From Cystobasidiomycetes sp. EMM_F5 (Eukaryota), in contig JBPGPT010000058.1 in assembly GCA_051047955.1 (NCBI GenBank), positions 1 to 56,197 on the forward strand: a stretch of 56,197 nt of DNA, in the 5' to 3' direction. The translations under genes and the position numbers were made by a program. A model generated the notes under the pieces. That model saw nothing but the letters and a program-made list of their open reading frames with translations. It made no database searches and was not told the DNA's origin. Below are positions 25,538 through 39,059 of the stretch, piece by piece (position 1 is the stretch's first letter; the number at the start of each line of letters is the position of its first letter).

Positions 25538-27128
25538 CTAGACTGCCACGCTGGTACCGCCAACTTCACTGCCAAACGACGGAGGATGCGTATGGTTCTT
25601 GAATGGACTCGGAAACGGGTCCTTTATCGCAAGGGCAGCACTCGCGGCAGGCGGAAGAGGGAGTTGACCCTGCCCAGGAGTAACGACGTGCTGCATGTGC
25701 GGCGTCGCAGAGCCGTGCAAGGACGGCATGCCAGTAGACGACGCCCCTCCTGCTCCGCCTGCGCCGTTCCCAAACTGCGCAAATGCCCCGAGTCCATACA
25801 ATATCCCAAGATACTTGTTGTCAATCTCATCGTCAAAGTAGCGAGACCGCATTTTGAAGAATGTCGCCGCAGTAAGAAGGGAGTCTGACCCCGCCTGATG
25901 CTGTGGGCCAACGCGAGACACTTGCAATTCGTCTGCGACGTCCTGCAGACCACCCTTGAGAGATTTGCAGGATCGCATGAGAAATTCTATAGACGCAGAT
26001 GCGAGGCAGGGCGTCAGCTTGAATGACAGCGACAAAAATCGCGATAGGTGCAGTGCAACATTGCCACTCACTAATATCGTATATGCACGGAAACCATATC
26101 CGCAGCAACTCGAAAAACTCGTCCTCGGTCTCTGGCAGCGGCGCGCACGACACGAGCTTCAAGAGATAGCCAAAATCGTATCCGCTATGGAATGAGATCC
26201 ACTTTACGTCTTGCAGCAAGACGAGGCCAGAGGAGATTAATACTTCGCCAAATTGCTCAATGTCGATGCCGTACTCTTCGTGGCGTTTGAAATTGATGCC
26301 AGACTTGGTCAGCAGTTCGATGGACTCTGGTGCGTACATGTCGTCGCTGCAAGTCAATTAGCCAAAGTCAGCAATGTAGCGGTGTTACTTGTAACGATAT
26401 ACGCAGAGCCTTGCGCACCTCAAGCTAAAGCGAAAGTTGAATTGCCATGTGGATATCGGTTGTGCGAGCTCTCCGTTGGCGTTTGAGAGGGTCACGCCGA
26501 GCTGGATTATGCGAAGGAGGTCGACGTTGCAGCTGCGGGAGGTACAAACACATGAGGGCACGCTGTCAGCCTGTCGTATATGGCCGTCTTGGAGCCCTCT
26601 GACCCACCGCAGGGTCTGGTAGTGGTAGTCTGAACTGCTCTTGAAGTTGCCTATCGGCCTGGCGACGACGCCGGGAAACTCCGTGTCCATTGCGACGAAC
26701 GGATACTCGTCTATGGCAGCGCGTATACTCTCGAGCTCCGCCTCGAGGTTGCCGGCGTAGACGTCGATGATTCCATCCTGGGCGACTGGCTGGGGCGGCG
26801 CTGCTGGGGACGGAGAGCGCTGCGACACGATGGAGCTGCTGCCCTGGTGCTGCGAGGATGTAGACTGCTGCTGGGCTTGCTGGGAAAGCTGGGAATGCTG
26901 GGAATTCGTTTGAGATTGTTGAGATTGCTGCTGGAGATGGTGCCCCGACCTCGAGGAATGCTGAGACTGCTGGGACTGGTTATGCTGGCCGTGGCGGTGG
27001 GTGTGACTGTGGTGAGCGTGGTTGTGGTGACCGTGCGGAGCCATGGCCGTCGACGGAGCCTGGCTGCTCTGAGCCTGCTGAGGCTGCTGCCCGCTGTTGC
27101 CAAAGTGGAGCGACTGCGCATGCCGCAT
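25538..27128 (-). CDS. POP2: CCR4-NOT deadenylase Caf1/Pop2 (CNOT7/8)
   Basis: AMDTEFPGVVARPIG, CNVDLLRIIQLG, SFHSGYDFGY, HQAGSDSLLT; DEDDh residues intact; Q/H/S-rich N-terminus. Confidence 0.96.
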
Positions 27129-27402
27129 CCGACTCCGTGTGGCCCGCTGCTTGAGTTGGTGCTGCGTTGCGTCCAATTTGGCAGAGTTGGATTGGTATTG
27201 GGTGTTGGGTTGGTTGGGAGGAGAGAAAGCGGAGAATGATCATCAAACAGACAGCCAAAGTTGCTTTTGGGGGTAACGCATTGGTCATTACTCTCTACAC
27301 ACTCGCGACTACACACACGTCTACTGCAGTGTCCGTTCCGCGTCTATCGCGTTGTCTAGGGTGAATTATATCGGATATGCCACAAGATATGCACGAGCTC
27401 CC

Positions 27403-30400
27403 TCAGAACGTCATGAGTCCGCCTCGCCGTTTTCCTAGAGTCAACAGGTCAGTCTGTGTGCACTCATTGAACGGCAGCCAACCTACCGAACGGATAGAAG
27501 AGTGCGCAAGAAACTAAAAGTCCCACCACAAGGCCAATGACGACCGTGATGAGTTGCCTGCAACGGATGCGACCGTAAGTACACAGTACACATCCCTTGC
27601 ATCTTCTGGATACCCACTGCGCTACGTTGAAGCCCGATCCGATAACTTGCGTGGCATCACTAGTCGTCGATGCAAAGTTGAGAAGTCCTGGTGGAGAAGG
27701 CTCTGTCAGCCACAAGCAGATGGAACCAGTTTGTCATACTCACCTCCATTACCCAAACCGGAAGGCAATTGGACTGCATAGCATCGCGGTTAGAAGAGAG
27801 CTCGACTATGTTGTAGGCCGTGGAAATACGCACACAGTACTCCGACCACAGCAACGATGAAGCTGGTCGACTGGAAGAACTTGCCCCACAGATTCCCCAG
27901 GAAACCTACCGCCAGCGCACCGAGAGCCGATGAGATGTCTGAGCGACCTGGGAAGCCGTAAGTCGACCAATGATTGGCTGATGTGAGAGACGAGACACTG
28001 TTCAGTCACTCGCAACATGCAAGCTGGTACACTTCAAGACTTGCCATTCCACCCGGCTCCGGCAATGAGGACCATGACTATGAGTTCTTTGTTCAGTCTG
28101 GCTCCGTTTCGTAAGGCAAGTCCGATTGGAAAGCCGGGAACAGCCTGTTCAAATGAGCGAACCTCAGTGGTGGTTAACACAGGAAGTGTACGTTGCTGTT
28201 GAGGCATACATACCAGAAAGTAGAACCATTGCGGAATAGTTTGATGCCACCATGCCGCAGTCGCTGGATGGGCTATCGAACAGCTGCCATCGCCAGTCGT
28301 AACAACTTGCTGACCACTACAAAGAACCCATATATTTGCGCCCAACGAGATGCCAAAGCCTAAGAATAACGAACTGTAGAACTACTTAGTGCGGATTTCT
28401 TGCAATGGACACGAGGAGGGACTTACTATACTACCGCATAAACGAGCCGCACACTGCCAGAGACAAGGGACCGTGACTGGAGCTCGAGCGCAGCAACACA
28501 AACGGGCCTGCAATGCGAAGTTATCGTCAATTTACACTTGGCTGCACATTTCAGTACTTTTCACACACCAGCCGGGTAAAATGAGTACGATGGAAGAGCT
28601 GACGATAGCCGCGAAACAGAAATATTCCGTAGAAGCGACTGCGGCTGCTACGAACGAGATGACCTGTGATTACGGATCACTAAGACGGTGTGTCCCAAAG
28701 CATTTGCATGTTACTCACCGCAGCTATTACAATTTCGAAAATCGAAGAAAGCACGTCGCTTCTTGCAGCGACAAAAATTTGAACTGCGACCAGTACCGCT
28801 CCGAGGGGTGCCGCAACCAGCAAATCGACAAAAGAAGCATTGAAGGATGCCATACCAATCATGATTGATGACCAAGCGCCAACTGCTACAATAGCCCAAT
28901 TTGAGAGCTAATCCCACCAAACAAATTACGCTTTAGCTCGATTTTCTCGCTAAAAATTTCACAATTTCACTCACGTAGGGCTTGGCTCGCATAAGGTCAC
29001 TGATCTCCATAGATGCCTCTTGCACCCCGATCTTGTCGTGTACCACCTCCCAATGCAGGATGGCAAGATCTGTCAGTTTGCCCAAATTTAGTCCTGCTGC
29101 TTGCTTGATGAACTTGATCTCCGACGTGTGCGTGTCGGCATCGCTGAAAGAGATTATGCAAAAGCTGTGGCAGGTTGAATAAGCGTTGGTATACATTTTT
29201 TGCCCAAGTCTCACTGACTTGACAATGTAGATGACTTGGCACTCAATCTCGAGGACTTTGGCTGTTTGCTGCAATTGGTACTCGAGACGATGTGAAGGAG
29301 CACCTGTATTGCATCATACACTTTGTCGGTAACTTCGTCCAATTCTGTCCTTTCAGGCTTACCGAACATCATCAACGCTCTAGCAAGTCGGAGTATAAAA
29401 TCCTGTCGCTGCAAGATAGCTGCAACATGCACTTTGAACAACATTTTCAGCGAAAGAATCAGTTTCAGCTATGGAAGATCTCACTCGTAATGAAGATCTC
29501 TTCCTGCCGTCGCTTATCCTTTTTCCGCCGCGTGGCTTTAGAACCGTCAAAGTAGTCGGGTCTAGGGGTACCAGGGACACTTCCTGGCGTAGCCGCTGAT
29601 TTTGCAGCCTTGTATGTATTGGACTCCCGATAGTACTTTTTGGGATCAAGATGTTCTTTTCCCCAAGCTTCTGATGATTTCGCAATAGTTTCAGGGAGCC
29701 GACCAATCTGCTGAGGCAGGTGAGCAAGCTGATTTAGATTGAGTGTTGATCCAGTCTTGCGGTGTGGATGAGAAGGGCGAAGCTCTGGACTATTTCGAGT
29801 CGAAGTTGTCTGTTCCGGAGAAGCCGAACCAGACTTTGGCATACCATTGGTGTGTACAGTGGGCACGTTGGCCAAGGAGTGACGGCTATTGACAGCGATA
29901 GGATAATTGTTAACGGACAGCTTCCGCATTGATCGACAGCCACCTACTCAAGCTTGTATCCTGGTCTATCGGGAGCAGGCACAACTGTCACAGCCATCGG
30001 AGAAGCTGCGCCGCCGAGGCTGAATGCACTGGCTTGCAACGCACCAAACACGCCGCCTTTTGAGCGAGCAGCAGCAGGCCTGTCACGGTCATCACGAAAG
30101 TGCTGCACGCGGTCTGCAGCCTTGCTTATGAATTGTTGCAGTTGAGGAGTCCTGGGACGATGAGAACCGTGATCAGGCGGCGATGCATTACCATGTTGGC
30201 TATGGCGCTGATCGTGCTCGTGATGAGTATGTGTGGGTCGTGCTGGACTCCCGCTACGTGACGGAACCAGAGTAGTGCTGGACGAATGCACCGACTGCGG
30301 CTGTTCGTATAGCTTCAAGAGAGCCGACAAAACCCCAACACCTTGTGTGGGGCGGTCCGCGCCTGGAGCAACTTCGTCGTCATACTGAGCGCCAGCGGCG

Positions 30401-31315
30401 ATAGTCTCGTGGCGACGGACCGGCGAGGCTTCTCTCGAGGATGTCGCATGTCGGCTGCCGTTACCGCGATTCTTGACGGAGTTCATAAACATTCCCTTCG
30501 CTTTGTGAACGGCGACAAGCTTTGCTGCCTCTTTTGTGAAAGCTCGTCCTGCTCTTGTAGACGACACGTTGATGGGCAGGCCGTCACGCTCTCCAGAAGG
30601 TATGTTCAACGGCTCCGTGATTGGAGAGGCTGGCCTTGATGCATCTGGCGTGTTTGGCATCGTGCCAGGGGTCTGAGTTCCATCAGATGCATTATCGTGT
30701 CCCACTGCATGGTAAGTAGTGTCTGTATTCCAGGAATAATCTCCACCTTCATCAATAGATGGGGTCGTTGGACTGTGGTCACACGAGACTCAGCAAGGCA
30801 CATCCGTCGTTGTGCAAAGTGATCACCCTCACAGGTCAATAGCGACGTGCGCTCGATTGTTGTTGTAGTGAGCTGAATGATGACCTATAAGGTGCAATTA
30901 CTTCAGTTGGATTTTTGTTCGCAATTCGTTGCCAGTCCATCTCACCCTCATCTTCTACGCCGACCCACTGGACCTTTCTCTTTCGCTCGGTATGAAGTTG
31001 CTTGATTTCTGCTGGATTTGCAGGATTGTTTGCGTTTTGCACGTCTTGGAGGTGGCGCTCGACCGGCTCCTCGTAACCACGATGAGACGCCGACCGCCCT
31101 CTGCCTGTATGAGAATCGTTGTGACGATGTTCACTGCTTCCTACGCTCAGTTGCCGACGAAGCTCTTCCAGCTGTTGGGCTCTCTTTGCGTCATCGTCTT
31201 CGACGTGCAGACTTTGCCCAATACCGATAGAAGATTGAGCTTCTCCGAGATCTCTGAGCTCTATCGATGCCGTGGGTGGATTGGCTAGCGACTCTCCCGG
31301 GTCATGCTCGTCCAT
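27403..31315 (-). CDS. PRM10: Prm10-like ThrE/DUF1212 family membrane protein
   Basis: Long disordered N-terminus, HVAAILQRQDFILRLARALMMFG, PSHRLEYQL, multiple TM exons, C-terminus YPFG|KRRGGLMTF*. Confidence 0.85.
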
Positions 31316-32560
31316 TGCGCGTTGTATATATGTATAGGATGCAAACTCAACCTGAGCGGCCCAGGTCTTCACCCTTCGGAGACCCTCAAGATGAGCTTTT
31401 CAGGAAGACTTGCACGTACACGGCACTCTTGACGTGGTGGAAAGACGTACGTCTACCTCCAAGCCGACTCTGCTTGGATTATATCTCGATATATGCTCGA
31501 CGGAGCTCGACCATTCATGCAAGGGAGAAGACTGCCCAATTCAGGCCAATCCGGACCAAGGTAACGTTGTTGCGGCGGGGTTGTCGATAGCTATCTGCAG
31601 AGCATTCGCAGAAGCTTCGCGCAGTCTTCCACTGTAAATGAGCGATGAGGTCAAAAAAGAGACGCGACGGGGGGTATATAGGGTATTCGAGTGACCTGGC
31701 CAGGTGATGGGATTGCGGAGACTGACTACGAGGAGAATGGGAGACTGACGATGATGCTGACACGGATTAACAGCGACGCTGACGCTGATGGATGTCGTTA
31801 GCTGACGGGATCCTTGTTAGCAGTACCATCACGAGCCCTGAAGATACGCAGAGCTGCAGTCCGGTCAGCATGGCGCACGCTATCGCAAATCTTGCATCAC
31901 TCTCTCCAACAACGCCTTATCAGCGAGTATCCCCGTTCAACTGGCTCAACCACGTTGCCTTGGTCATGCTCGGCAGAGACGGGCAAGAATCGCAAACGCA
32001 ACGCGGAGACTGAGCAAAGTCCAGGCAAAACGTTCCTTGCGTACGTTCCTTGCGTCTTATCATGCTGCTCGGCTCTCCGTCGCTGTACAACTGCTCGACG
32101 GTGTCCTCAATCTCAGATAGCCGAGCCTTGGTGATATTGTGACTTCATCAGCAAACCCCAAAATCGCATTCTAATCTGCAGTTACAGCGCCTTGCCGTGC
32201 TGCTTGTGGGCTGCTATCTCTGCGAGCGTGGTGCCGCCTGTCTGCTGACTCGGCTACTGGGTACACGGCAATTTAACAGGGCAAATCTCCGACCTGGGCA
32301 AGACCGTCGCTCAAGTTAAAGTACTTCGAGCGCTCCTTTGCTGTTTCTTGGGTGCGCGTGGCCTTCTATCCGTCTGTATTTGAGGGTCCTTGACGACGTT
32401 CTACCATATTCTGTGTCAGACATTTCGTACGGGACAGTGGTTAAAGGTGTCATCCAGAGCTGGACTCTTACCTATCGTACCCTAAGGCCTTATCATCACT
32501 CTCTGTCATCTACAGTTACTAGAGTATCCATGCTCCACCGCCTCCATCCGGCATTTCATC

Positions 32561-34606
32561 ATGTCAGCCAGTGTGGGTTTCGCTAATGGCGAATACGGAG
32601 CAACGACCGCCATGCTCGAGACAATTCATGCTGCGGGCATCACTCATGTCTTCTGCGCTTGGGGCTCTGATCATGCCTCTATACTGGAATGCATCGCAAG
32701 AGCAAAAGCAGGCGCAGGTCGAAAAGGACAGCTCCCTTTACCTGAATTGTAAGAGTGCATGAACAGTCTGGCGGTTCACTGTTGATAAACACCTTTACGA
32801 GTACAGCATCTCGGTCACTCACGAGTTCGTGGCGATGTCGGCTGCGCAAGGGTACTACCAGGCAACAGGGAGAATGGCAGGGTGCGAAAAGCATCAGATC
32901 TTTATGTGACTTTGTGCTGACTGGCTATGACTGCAGTGTAATTCTCCACGTCGACGTAGGTCTACAGAACGCCGGCGGAGCTGTGCACAATGCACACCGC
33001 GCTCGTATCCCCGTCTTGGTGTTTACTGGCATGTCAGCGGTGACGCTTGAAGGAGAAGCTCGCGGTTCGCGTACAGAGTTCATCAACCAGATACAAGACT
33101 CGTTCGATATGCCTGGCATTGTACGAGGCTACTCTAAGTACAGCTACGAAATTCGGCATCCAAGCAACATCCGTCAAGTTGTTATGCGTAAGCTCACTAC
33201 AGTGGACACTGTGCGCAACGGCTGAGTTGCGGTGCCTCGTCAATAGGCGCTGTTCAAATCGCCATGTCTCATCCTCGTGGACCTGTGCATCTGTTTGCAG
33301 CAAGAGAGGTGCTGGAAGAGCCTCTGCCGGTACCCGCCGAAGCCTTGAATATTGCGCATTGGAGACCAGTAGCTCCACAAGGTCTTACAGAAGAACAGGC
33401 ATTAGATGTCGCAGAGCTTCTTTGCAAGGCTCGTAATCCACTGGTGCTGACATCGTGGCTTGGAGATGACTGGCAAGCATCGCTCGCTCTCATCAGCCTG
33501 TGCGAACAGCTCTCAATACCACTAGTGGATGCGTCACCCTTCAGCCTTAATATGCCTGCAACCCACCCTTTACACATGGGCTCTCACTGGAGCGGAGGCG
33601 GACAGAACAAATTCCTGGCTGAAGCGGATGTAGTGTTGGTCGTTGATTCGAATGTGCCCTACATTCAGTCTCAAAACAAGCCCAGCCTTAATGCTGTCCT
33701 TATTCATCTTGACAGCGATCCTCTCAAGCAATTCATGCCTCTTTTCTATGTAGCAGCCGAGCACCGCTATCAGGTCCAGTCTGGGCTCGCCTTGCGTCAG
33801 ATTGCGAAAGCAGCAACAGGTCGGATCGATAAGGGCATTGTTCAGGAACGAGCGGAGAGGTTACGACCAATGTCGATCGCGAATCAACAGCGACTGATTG
33901 CGACACGGCCGTCCACTGGCGATGGGCCTCAATCTGCGGCCGTTGGATTGGCTGTGCTTGGTAGCGTCCTGCCGAAAGACGTGTTTGTTGTATCTGAGGC
34001 TATCTCCAAGTGTGTCACGACTCAGCCCCGGAACTCGCAGAAGGCTGACGTTACGCTAGCTTTCCTGCTGTGTTGGATCAATTAGGCCTTTCCGAAGCAC
34101 AAAGATATGCTTCTAATGGTGCAAGCTCGCTCGGCTACGGGGGCGGCGCCGCGGTCGCAGCCAAACTAGCAATGCAGTCCCATCCAGATAGTAAGCCCGG
34201 CTTGGGTAAAGATACCTTGGTGTGCTATATTGCTGGAGACGGATCCTATCTGTTTTCGATCCCGACAAGCGTACAACACTTGGCAACAAGGCTGCGCGCG
34301 CCTACAATGACTGTCATCCTGAATAACAGTGGTTGGGCATCACCAGGGTATAGCGCGAGACTCGTACATCCCGAGGGATACGCTTCTAAGGCATCAGGCG
34401 CACAGCTCGGCATAGACTTCGGACCGGAGGAGGATCAGCCAGACTATGTCGGTATGGCTATTGCTTCAGCGGGAGGTCCACATCGTGCCTGGGGCGCCCG
34501 CGTCGTTTGTGGCGCAGAGGAGATGAAGAGCGTGTTCGAGCAAGCCATAGCTGAAACTTTGGGCGGCAAAAGTACGACAGTGGAGCTTGTCCTGCCAGCT
34601 ATTTGA
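32561..34606 (+). CDS. Thiamine diphosphate-dependent enzyme (acetolactate synthase/benzoylformate decarboxylase-like)
   Basis: GSDH, conserved Glu in HEFVAMSAAQGY, HVDVGLQNAGGAVHNA, ThDP-binding GDGSYLF...LNN. Confidence 0.9.
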
Positions 34607-34770
34607 TGAGGCACGTTCCGTTGCTTTAAATGCCAGCTGGACGTTGGAACGATTCGCAGCCCTTTGAGCGTAGCACTGGTGTGCATTCGCAGGCTTGACA
34701 GAAGCATGTCTGACTTGCTTGAGGATCCTTACACCTCATTGCGCACGCACACAGCGTTTCGTTTCCTTGT

Positions 34771-36116
34771 TCACCTCGTCAATTTGCCCCATTTGCGCAC
34801 GAGGTTCTCGTACTGGCGAAAATCGTCAATTCTGAGTATAGTGATAGCAGCCCTTCCATCTACACTCACTAACGACCAAGCAATACTGCTGCTTGCCGCT
34901 TTGCGTAAGCAGCGCAGCGAAACGCCACGAAAGAACCCGACTGGGCCCTCTTGACTCAGTATCATCCTGCTCGCCTGAGACATGCCAGTGTACACCATGG
35001 GTAAGAGCTGGCGCCGTGTCTTGATAGTGTCAAAGGGTGCTGTGAGGAGTGTCGAAAAGCCTGCTGCAAAACCGCCTGCGACCAGACTATTCAGTACTAA
35101 AGTGGCTGGCATCGCAAAAGAACGCACCAGATGCAGCGTCAATAAATACGTCAGATAGCCAAGATGATTGCTGCAGTAGAGTACGAGTCTGCTCGTACGT
35201 TGCCAAGAAAAGACCGGCGGTTGGCGCGTCCCGCAATGTGGTTGGCCAGAAGCCTGCAAAAAGGCCGCGGATACCCTGAGTTTGCCATATGTTTCGGAGG
35301 GCGTAGACCACGCCGTTTTTATTGGAGTAGAGACTAGACTCCATCCGCGTCTTGACCACTGTCATGGGCATCAACATGAAGCCGACGCTGGTTCGCGCTG
35401 TGGCTCCTGCTAGAAGATTACCAGATGTCGTGTTGGGAAGAACAGAGCGGAGCTGGCTGTTTAAGAAGAGATTGTATCGATATGTCAGGCATTCGTTGGA
35501 GACTCGAAGGCAGCGATTAGCGTGCGGTTGCACAATGCTTACTTGAGACTTGCGAAATACAAGCTTACGCCGGGCACTGCATGTCAACGAGGAGGATTAG
35601 CACATCAGCACACGCCTTTAGAAGTCCAGCGGAAAGAGTCTTATGCACCATTTCTGCAATTTCATCAGTATTCCACAATCAGCTTTCAGAGGTCTTTGGC
35701 ATCCTTTACAGCCAGATCCGCACCGAGCTACAGTGGGCGTCGTTCCTCGCCATAGCCCGACGAGTCCATCGTTGCGGAGAATTAGCTTGACAGTCTCGAG
35801 CAGTCTAGGCCTGGAAAAGCAGCATACCCGTCAAAACTGGCATTACGTTTGCGACTTTGATATCGAACTGACCTGGCTGATGAAGCTACACCGACTTTGC
35901 TGTCGGATCCCTGCTGGAGCCGCGTCTTGAGGAGATCCAGCGGCTAACCAATTGACAACCATTCAGTCAGCTCACTCCTCCACTGACGATAGGGTCCTCG
36001 TTGTCGCCGTCGCTGACCTGCAGAATGACGCAGCTCGCAAGTCCAGAAACCGCGCCAGACAGCAGAGACGTCTGGGTTTTCGCCTTGTCGTGCTTGCGAC
36101 TGGCACTATCTGGCAT
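34771..36116 (-). CDS. HEM25: Mitochondrial glycine carrier (SLC25A38)
   Basis: SCVILQ|PLDLLKTRLQQ, GATARTSVGFMLMPMTVVKTRMES, TLRDAPTAGLF, APFDTIKTRRQ, RCLRKAASSSIAW. Confidence 0.88.
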
Positions 36117-36306
36117 CGAATATCTGCAGAAGCCAGCCCCAACTCGCTAACGCTGACTTTAGCCGTCGAGATATTCGAAAATCTAGACGATCATTGGATA
36201 TTACTATCGATACATACAGGCGAGCTGAGTGCGTAGACAGTACTGCATAACACTTGGGAGCCTGCCAGCTAGAGCTTTCCTGGCTCCCCACCGGAACGGC
36301 CAAAGA

Positions 36307-37768
36307 ATGGCCAAATCCGACATTCATCACGCATCCTCCGTCCTCTGCCGCACTCGCGACGGACACGCGTTGATAGACGCACATCAATCTTATGTACGAG
36401 GTTATGACAAGGCATGGCTTTTGAAAATGGCCGCGCCGCCTGTTGCAGTGTACAACACAGAAGCGGAGAGCGACAACGCAAGTCAACCGCGCAAACGGAG
36501 GAAAGTGACGGATACTTCAAGCCATACCGATCTAGATGCTCATACGCTGGCTCATCAAGCACTGCTGCATTGGCTACAGCCAGCGGTTCAGCACGTTCGA
36601 CAAGAGTGGATCAGCACACATCCCCGCCCTACCAATTGGCATCTGCAACCGGTCCATGCTGCCGTACTGGAAACGACATCCGCATTGGATCTTCGGCAAC
36701 TGATAGCGGCAATGGATGATGTTGGCGATATGGTAGGAGACGGCATCGCTGCGAGAGATGCTGTCATTATGACGGATGCCAGGAGCGAGACTCCGCTTGC
36801 ACGTCTTGTCAATCGAATGCATGTCAACGACGGCGAGCACTGTCTCGTGCTGCAATCTAGCTCAGCGAAGTACCTCCTTCCACCTCGATCAGGGTGGATC
36901 CTGGCACAAATGCACCGCTGGAAAGACATTCTGCTTGGTAAGCGCAAGTGATGCTTTTATATCTTATATGTTGCCTCCCCTAAGGTCTTCTTTCAGCTGA
37001 GAGAAAGCAGCTGGAAGCTGGTTTCGACCTTGTTGTGCTAGGCGAGTGGAGATCTGGGTCCAACTTTGGTCCCTTCGACTGACAGACTTTGGACCGCTAG
37101 ATCCCCCATGGCCGAACCGTTCTGCCCAACGCTCTTCTCAATACGAGGTCATGGATATATACGATCTGTATCAGATCGATCTGTCAAGACTCCTGTGCTG
37201 TGCATTCCAACCGCGTCCAACGTTGGTTGCAGTCTGGGTCACGAATCACGTCAAGTACCGTAAATTCGTGGGCAACAAGCTGTTCCCAGCGTGGAATATT
37301 ACAGACACCAAGTCGTGGTACTGGGTCAAGGTCACCGCTGCTCCAAGCGGTGGCGATCTAGCCGCAGCAGGACTGCCTGTATGGACATTGAATGGAACGT
37401 CACCCCGACGAGCCTACGAAGGCCTTATGCTTGGTTGGCATCTGCCAGGAGGGTGTCAAATACAGCCTCCCACCATTCCAGACGAGATCGCCTTCTTGTC
37501 TACGCCATCAGCTCATTCACGCAAGCCATGGCTGCTGGGTGAGTGACAGCATGTATTGTGTTGGAGCCGCAACCGATTTGCTCCATTTCTAGATCTATTG
37601 AGACCCTACCTTCTCGGGACACCGCTCAGGGCGATGGAACTGTTTTCGCGCTTCCTACAGGCAGGAGTCGGTCCGGACTCTTTTACGCTCAGTCTCGGAA
37701 ATGAATGTCTGAAGTTTAATGAGATTCCATTACACTGGTCGCCTTCTCAACGAGCTCCTGTTTCATGA
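36307..37768 (+). CDS. MT-A70 family N6-adenine methyltransferase, METTL4-like
   Basis: YLLPPRS, FDLVVLD|PPWPNRSAQRS (DPPW), VAVWVTN, WYWVKVT, RRAYEGL, HSRKP, MELFSR, GNECLKFN. Confidence 0.88.
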
Positions 37769-38339
37769 CATCGTCGCTAGCGCGTCCACAATGTGCGATA
37801 CCTGCAAGAACCAGCCGCATGACAGCAAGTATGCTAATGTATAGCGGGCGATGCTCGATGCAAGCGGCATGGACGACATGCAGCAGTCTCGACATAACGC
37901 TTTTGTACGTGATGTTTTATCATAAGAGCGCAGGGCGCTGTTCCTGCGATAGCGTCAACCTGTTTGCTAGGTGCAGTATCCGAATTTTACGATACTACAG
38001 CTCCGCCAAGCGCGATTCGCCCCTGGAAGCGGCGATCTCGTCCTACAGAGAGTTTCGCCCAGGGTGTTCTCGATAAATTTACTGTACCCGCCACATTGGT
38101 TTGTATCGTATATGCGAGGCTGCAATCTCGATGGTGCGCGTACATGTCGGAACAAGCAGGAAGAACGTCGAGGAAGGCAGGACGGGATGCTGCCACAGCC
38201 GGATGCAGAGCGCAAATACCCAATACGAACGCTCCTTCGTGGCTGCTTGCGTTGTTTCAGCGTTTCGCCTGCCAGTGACTACTACAGCCTTTGCTCTTGC
38301 TTGTTGCCTATGACAGGCTAGAGCGTGGTTTGAGGGCAT

Positions 38340-38983
38340 TTATTGTGCGTCGTAAGCAGGCGGTAAGTCCTGGGTCGGCTCTGTCTGTGCTGAATGCGGT
38401 ATCGACTGGCTTGCGTCATTACGAGGGGCTGTGTAAATGGCTGTTGGAGATTGTCAGTGTATGGTCAGTCAGATCAGACAGATACAAACAACGGACGACG
38501 AGACTCACGCAGCGTATTTGCTACTTCGAGTTGCTTTTGCCTGGCTGCCGCAGCGTTCATCACGGTTTCGAGCGAGGTGTGAAACTCAAACGCGCGCCCT
38601 TCCTTGAAGTGGAGTTTGAGAGTGTGTATAGAGTGCAGTCCCCCGTCTCTCTGAGGCACTACTGTCGCTTCGTAGTAGTTTGCTGCAAACCAGGGCTGCA
38701 CCAGTTTGGCGTCTCGGAAGTTTGTGAGATTGATGGAGATGGACTTGAGGGTGTGTTCCGAGTCTGCGGACATCGCTGCAGTGTCCATCGAGGCCGCCGT
38801 GTACGACACAAAGACTATGCGTTTATTTGAAATGGATACCTGACCCATGGCTGACTTTGACGACGACGATGACGGCGCGAGAACTGCTTCGACGCCGGCA
38901 ATGGTCGTCACAAATTGCTCGTCTGGCAGCGGGACTGGGTTTGGCGGGAGTGTAGCAGTTAGCATCGCAGCGTTGAGGGCCAT
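38340..38983 (-). CDS. WBP2-like PH-GRAM domain protein
   Basis: MALNAAML...LPDEQFV, SNKRIVF, VQPWFAANYY, LHFKEGRAFEF; spliced last exon ends DLPPAYDAQ*. Confidence 0.8.
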
Positions 38984-39059
38984 TGCGGTCAGTCAGTGAG
39001 GATGATGGAGATGATGCTGATTTGAGATTAAAAGGTGGAGATTGTTATTAGATTATCAG

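Noticed and set aside
25034..25602. Arg-rich or poly-Asp ORFs in alternative frames (also 15834-16289 and 26847-27239)
   Set aside because: Shadows of trinucleotide low-complexity tracts in NUP82, TAF1 and CAF1.
31316..33260. TPP riboswitch near the ThDP enzyme gene
   Set aside because: No CTGAGA followed by a CTGAT...AAT.C...CG.A.G-type aptamer core seen in the leader or introns. An Infernal TPP scan would be decisive.
37769..38339. Overlapping short ORFs and a U6-like ACAGAGA word
   Set aside because: No recognisable protein motifs and no flanking U6 sequence; best explained as convergent 3'UTRs.
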